64,000 bases of DNA, taken from an uncultured Actinomycetes bacterium. Its GTDB lineage: Bacteria; Actinomycetota; Actinomycetes; S36-B12. Positions 59,932 to 64,000 of the stretch are shown here, one piece after another. A program made the position numbers and the translations under genes. The stretch covers positions 909 through 64,908 of the forward strand of contig CAJBZP010000041.1 in the NCBI GenBank assembly GCA_903960135.1. The letters run 5' to 3'. The notes beneath the pieces were generated by a model. It saw only the letters and a program-made list of their open reading frames with translations. It searched no databases and was not told the DNA's origin. Position 1 is the stretch's first letter; each line of letters starts with the position of its first letter.

Positions 59932-60596
59932 GCCTTAACACCTGCCACCGCATCCGGCCTGCGCACATAGAGCGGGTACGGCGACAACAACTGTTGGAGC
60001 CCGAGTTGCTTAGCGGTTGCGCCGTCATCGGTCCCATGGATGGCTAAATCGGTGATGCGTTGGGCGAGCGGCACGTCGGCAAGAAGCAGTGGCATTGCGA
60101 GCTGGGCCAAGGCCGTGGCATCTGGATACTGCGGGTCGGCGCCCACCCCTACCCACGGCAAGGTGAGCAGCTGCGGGTCGAGCTCACCGGGGCGGTTCAC
60201 AAACGGGCCCGCCAGTCGGTGCTCGCCATAGCGGGCCCAATAAACCTCGTTTCGACGCGCATCAATCGCTGCGATGAACTCCCCGGTCACTCCCGCGGCG
60301 CGAGCTGCATATGCGACGGCATCGAGTGAGCAAATACCAACCACCGGGACCTGCCAAGCAAGTGCGAGGCTCTGCGCGGTGGCAACTCCCACTCGAAGCC
60401 CGGTGTAAGGGCCAGGCCCAACCCCGCACACGACAGCGTCAACGGTGCGCCCGGCCACCACCGAAGCAATCATCGGGGCGAGGAGTTCGGCGTGGCGGCG
60501 CGCATCAACATGACGCGCAAATTTCAAGATGACATCACCATCTACCAAGGCCACCGAAGTGGCCGCCGACGCAGTATCCAAGGCCAAAAGGATCAT
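59928..60596 (-). CDS. tsaB: tRNA threonylcarbamoyladenosine biosynthesis protein TsaB
   Basis: 222 aa with MILLALDTASAATSVAL and GVGPGPYTGLRVG motifs. Confidence 0.85.
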   Translation of the reverse strand: MILLALDTASAATSVALVDGDVILKFARHVDARRHAELLAPMIASVVAGRTVDAVVCGVGPGPYTGLRVGVATAQSLALAWQVPVVGICSLDAVAYAARAAGVTGEFIAAIDARRNEVYWARYGEHRLAGPFVNRPGELDPQLLTLPWVGVGADPQYPDATALAQLAMPLLLADVPLAQRITDLAIHGTDDGATAKQLGLQQLLSPYPLYVRRPDAVAGVKA

Positions 60597-61069
60597 GGCC
60601 CGACAATCAATTCGAGGTCACGTGCTGTCCAGCGGTCACCCACCGCTCTGATGTCGACCCTGCGGGTCTCATCGCTGCCATCATCTGCTCGAACTATCTG
60701 GACGGTCAGGTAATCGCTACTCAACTGCTCGGCCTTGCCTTCACCCCACTCGACAACCATCACGCTTTCGGCAAAATCAGCGTCCAAGCCAAGGTCGTCA
60801 AATTCGAGAACCGAGCCAAGGCGGTAAGCGTCCACGTGCACCAGCTGTGGAAGCCCAATATCTGTGACGTGGACCCGAGCAATAACAAATGTCGGGCTAG
60901 TTATCTGCTCGGTCACGCCCAAGGCCCGGCCGAGCCCCTGAACCAGTGTCGTTTTGCCCGAGCCAAGATCACCGGCTAAGACAATTAGATCCCCGGGCCG
61001 ACACCGGTGCCCAATCCGCTCACCCAGAGCCTGCATCGATTCCGCGGTCTGGACTTCAAGCCCTGTCAT
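60593..61069 (-). CDS. tsaE: tRNA threonylcarbamoyladenosine biosynthesis ATPase TsaE
   Basis: 158 aa with a GDLGSGKTT P-loop, SPTF, and H.D.YRL. Confidence 0.85.
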   Translation of the reverse strand: MTGLEVQTAESMQALGERIGHRCRPGDLIVLAGDLGSGKTTLVQGLGRALGVTEQITSPTFVIARVHVTDIGLPQLVHVDAYRLGSVLEFDDLGLDADFAESVMVVEWGEGKAEQLSSDYLTVQIVRADDGSDETRRVDIRAVGDRWTARDLELIVGP

Positions 61070-62142
61070 GCAACGCCGCTACCGGATGCGCCATCAATGT
61101 CGCGCTTCACGCGCACTAGCAACGTTTGAAGCAAGGCATCAACTTGCTCGTGATGCTCAATGTTTACCATATGCCCGCCATCTTTAATAACGGCGAATTC
61201 CGCTCCTGGGATGCGGCCGACAATCTCCTCGCTATGGGATCTTGGAGTCAGGCGATCCGAGTCACCGACGATCACAAGCACCTCTGCATGCTGGAGTATC
61301 GGCAGGGCATCGCGCTTGTCATGATCTAGGAGTGCGGGTAGAAATTCGGCAAGTACATCTATTGGGGTGGCCGTTATCATGTTTGATACCAGTTGACCTG
61401 CTTGCTCAGATGCCACCGACCCAAATGAATAAAGGCGAGTCAGCAGCATTCCTAAGTCGCTACTCGTGCGGCGTCCGCGCTCAACGATATTGCGTCGCCG
61501 CGCCAGTGCGGCCGCGGCCGGTGAAGCAATGCGATGGAAAATATGCCCAAGTGGTGCTGGTAGTCCCAGCGTAACTTCGGTCAAGCCGCCAGCAGAACTG
61601 GCAATCAAGGCGACACCATAGACGCGTTCGCGGATGACCTCAGGCTGCTGCTCGGCAAATGCCATGATGCTCATGCCGCCCATCGAGTGCCCGACGAGCA
61701 TCAGCGGCCCGGTCGGTGCAAACGCCGCTATTAGATCCCCGAGGTCCTCGCCTAATTGCTCAACATGGTGTGAATCAAAATCGGCACGGCCGGAACGGCC
61801 GTGGCTGCGCTGGTCATAAAACACCAAACGCGCTTGGCCTTGCAGAGCCTTGCGCTGGAAATACCATGAGTCCAAACTCAAGGCGTATCCATGGCAGAAA
61901 ATTATCGTGAGCGGTGATTCATCTTCGTCAATTTCAACATGAAGCACGGTTCCATCGCTGGTTACTACTTCACTGGTTACCGGATCGAATTCGTCCATAG
62001 ACCACTTGTCGTCGGGCTTTGACCCCCGGGCCAGCATGATCCGCTCCGCGGCCGCTCCGGCCGCGGCCCCAGCCGCAAGTACCCCGGCGGCCAGTAGGCC
62101 ACCGCCAACCACCCGGATTGCGTTGGTCATGTCGCGAGTCAT
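61066..62142 (-). CDS. Membrane-anchored alpha/beta-fold hydrolase
   Basis: 358 aa with an N-terminal hydrophobic segment, HG-type oxyanion context (IIFCHGYA), the nucleophile elbow GHSMGG, and a C-terminal GGH. Confidence 0.75.
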   Translation of the reverse strand: MTRDMTNAIRVVGGGLLAAGVLAAGAAAGAAAERIMLARGSKPDDKWSMDEFDPVTSEVVTSDGTVLHVEIDEDESPLTIIFCHGYALSLDSWYFQRKALQGQARLVFYDQRSHGRSGRADFDSHHVEQLGEDLGDLIAAFAPTGPLMLVGHSMGGMSIMAFAEQQPEVIRERVYGVALIASSAGGLTEVTLGLPAPLGHIFHRIASPAAAALARRRNIVERGRRTSSDLGMLLTRLYSFGSVASEQAGQLVSNMITATPIDVLAEFLPALLDHDKRDALPILQHAEVLVIVGDSDRLTPRSHSEEIVGRIPGAEFAVIKDGGHMVNIEHHEQVDALLQTLLVRVKRDIDGASGSGVA

Positions 62143-63230
62143 GGAAGCCCAACATAAACACGTGGTACCCGGGAACCGATTCGGGTGACGATTTCATAAC
62201 CGATGGTCTCGCACGCCACCCCCAGTTCATTCGCCGTCGGAGCCTGGCCAAAGATGACGACTTCATCACCTGGCGCTGCCGGACACTGCAATGCCACCAT
62301 GAACTGATCCATGGCCACCCGCCCCACGATCGGGTGCAGTTGGCCGTTTAGGTAAACCTGTGCGCGGTTACCCGCCGACCGCGGAATCCCGTCGGCATAC
62401 CCGCCAAGCACGAGGGCGATCGGTGTTTCCTGCGTTGCCGTCCAGGTGCCACCGTAGGACACTGAGGCGCCGGCGTCGATCAGTTTCACCGAGGCAACCG
62501 AGGAGACCAACGTCATGGCCGGTGCCAACCCAAAATCAAGTCCGGTAACAGGTGATACCCCGTAAAGGGCGATGCCAACCCGCACGAGGTCGTAGTGGGT
62601 ATTAGGTGCAGTTAATGCGGCTGGGCTATTGGCCAGATGGCGCATTGGAATATCAAGGCCGAGGGCTTCGGCGCTCTCGCACGCCTGATCAAATAGCCGG
62701 CTCTGCTCCTGCACCGTCGGATGATTTGGTAGATCCGCATTGGCCAGGTGCGACCACACCGCTGTCACCTCAACCAATGGTTTCGCCGCCAGCGCCTCGG
62801 CGACTAACTCCGACCATTTCGATATCGGACAACCATTGCGAGATAGTCCGGTATCTACTTTCAACTGCACGCGAGCTCTCGTACCTGTAATACCCGCCGC
62901 CGCAACCACCTCGTGCAGCATCTGCGAATTCGAGACTCCAAGATCAACACCGGTTGCCACGCAGCGCACAATGTCTGCGTTACCGGGCGCCCATAACCAA
63001 GCCAAGATCGGCCCGGTGTCGCCGAAATCACGGAGGGCCAGCGCCTCACTCGGCAGCGCCACCCCGAGCCAGTTAACACCGCGAGCGCGCAAAACCTGAG
63101 CAACCCGATGCATGCCGTGGCCGTAGGCATCGGCCTTGACTACGCCCATCACCTCGACGCCGGGTGCCACGGCGCGCACCAAGTCCAAATTTTGGGCGAT
63201 GGCGCCGAGATCGACGATCGCGGTGGTCAT
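62139..63230 (-). CDS. alr: Alanine racemase
   Basis: 363 aa with VVKADAYGHG (PLP-Lys motif), and GYADG and VSYGG-type motifs. Confidence 0.9.
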   Translation of the reverse strand: MTTAIVDLGAIAQNLDLVRAVAPGVEVMGVVKADAYGHGMHRVAQVLRARGVNWLGVALPSEALALRDFGDTGPILAWLWAPGNADIVRCVATGVDLGVSNSQMLHEVVAAAGITGTRARVQLKVDTGLSRNGCPISKWSELVAEALAAKPLVEVTAVWSHLANADLPNHPTVQEQSRLFDQACESAEALGLDIPMRHLANSPAALTAPNTHYDLVRVGIALYGVSPVTGLDFGLAPAMTLVSSVASVKLIDAGASVSYGGTWTATQETPIALVLGGYADGIPRSAGNRAQVYLNGQLHPIVGRVAMDQFMVALQCPAAPGDEVVIFGQAPTANELGVACETIGYEIVTRIGSRVPRVYVGLP

Positions 63231-63400
63231 GGGTCCATTGTCCCTTACGGACTAACGCCCACTGTTAGCCCCCTGTCGGATCGTTGACAACCGGTAATAG
63301 GCCTTGTTCACCCAGAATTAAATTTCCGGTGCCGGTATTTCCCATCTAAATTCATGAATTGCGGATTAACTTCGCACAACCAATCCGAGAGGAAACACCA

Positions 63401-64000
63401 GTGCGTATTCGTAAACCAGTGATCGCAGGTATCGCGGGCGTAGCGGCCCTTTGCGTGTCCATTCCAGCAAATGCCGAGTCGCAGTTCATCTACATGGAGC
63501 CGGTGGCAAGTGGCGTAACCCTTAAACCCCTAGCAACCGCTGGCGACAGTTTCGGTGGAGTAATTTGGCCCGGCACGCCAGACGGCATGGGTGTGCTCAA
63601 GGGCAAGGACGGAAACCTGACGATTTTCGTCAATCACGAGTTCTCGGCGACGAATGCGGTTGCCGCAGGTCTAGCCCACGCCAACGGAAATGCCACGGCA
63701 TCGACCGTTTACGCGCTTAACTATGACCCGAAACTGGGGTCAGTCACAGCGGCCCGCGACGTATTGAATTCGGTGACCTGGTACAACTACGCAACCGGCC
63801 AGAGCAGCTCAACCCCCGTCGCGCCCTCTGGCGCTGCAGCAAAAGATGAATACAACACCCCCAACCACACCAAAGCACTGAACCGATTCTGCTCTTCCAG
63901 CATGACCCAGCCAGGTGAGCTCGCCTACACGGTCACGGATAAAGCCGGTAACGAAAAAGTCACCGGGTACACCGGTCCGGCCTATTTCACCGGCGAAGAA
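63401..64000 (+). CDS. Secreted protein, possibly PhoX/DUF839-like; N-terminal 200 codons only, continues past the window end
   Basis: Absent from the track because it runs off the window. GTG 63401 is preceded by GAGAGGAA, and the frame stays open to nt 64000. It begins with the signal peptide VRIRKPVIAGIAGVAALCVSIPANAES, followed by ...WPGTPDGMGVL.GKDGNLTIFVNHEF, which resembles the DUF839/PhoX N-terminal pattern. The family assignment is tentative. Confidence 0.4.
   Translation, partial: MRIRKPVIAGIAGVAALCVSIPANAESQFIYMEPVASGVTLKPLATAGDSFGGVIWPGTPDGMGVLKGKDGNLTIFVNHEFSATNAVAAGLAHANGNATASTVYALNYDPKLGSVTAARDVLNSVTWYNYATGQSSSTPVAPSGAAAKDEYNTPNHTKALNRFCSSSMTQPGELAYTVTDKAGNEKVTGYTGPAYFTGEE

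Noticed and set aside
63282-63315. PHO-box-like core GTTCACCCAGA upstream of the possible PhoX-like gene
   Set aside because: Only one 11-nt unit matches the Streptomyces PHO-box consensus reasonably well. The adjacent units do not match, and the nearest weak second unit is 23 nt away instead of 11 or 22. The PhoX assignment of the downstream gene is itself tentative.

Overview
This 64-kb window looks like chromosomal DNA from a high-GC actinobacterium. It is almost fully coding and mostly housekeeping, and its gene order resembles Mycobacterium and Streptomyces: sdhCAB, trpS, icd-mdh, folD, purN-purH, sucCD, pcrA, guaA, guaB-guaB3, whiB3-like/groEL/groES, and tsaD-rimI-tsaB-tsaE-alr. I found no rRNA, tRNA, CRISPR array, transposase or integrase. 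All protein calls rest on motifs read by eye in the translated ORFs, because no database search was possible. The main accessory region is about 21.4-34.8 kb. It is a tightly coupled cluster of CoA-thioester catabolic genes: a PaaX-type regulator, a split B12-dependent acyl-CoA mutase, an AMP-forming and an ADP-forming acyl-CoA synthetase, RidA, a thiolase, a MenB/BadI-type crotonase, a flavin monooxygenase/Old-Yellow-Enzyme fusion resembling 2-aminobenzoyl-CoA monooxygenase/reductase, an SDR and a stand-alone Lrp RAM-domain protein. A VapBC toxin-antitoxin module sits in the middle of it. I read this as a candidate, uncharacterised aerobic hybrid pathway for an aromatic or alicyclic acid. Other notable items are a MerR-family regulator carrying the CarH/LitR B12 photoreceptor signatures (Wx9EH plus a DxHxxA variant) next to whiB and guaB, a form-II CO-dehydrogenase-like coxSLM operon (AYRGAGR motif), and a large secreted LAS-type (HxxxxxxD / HxH) peptidase with three C-terminal repeat modules. 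There is also a three-subunit Sdh1-type succinate dehydrogenase, dual CIRCE operators overlapping the groES promoter, several perfect palindromes in promoter regions, and three small in-frame tandem duplications.
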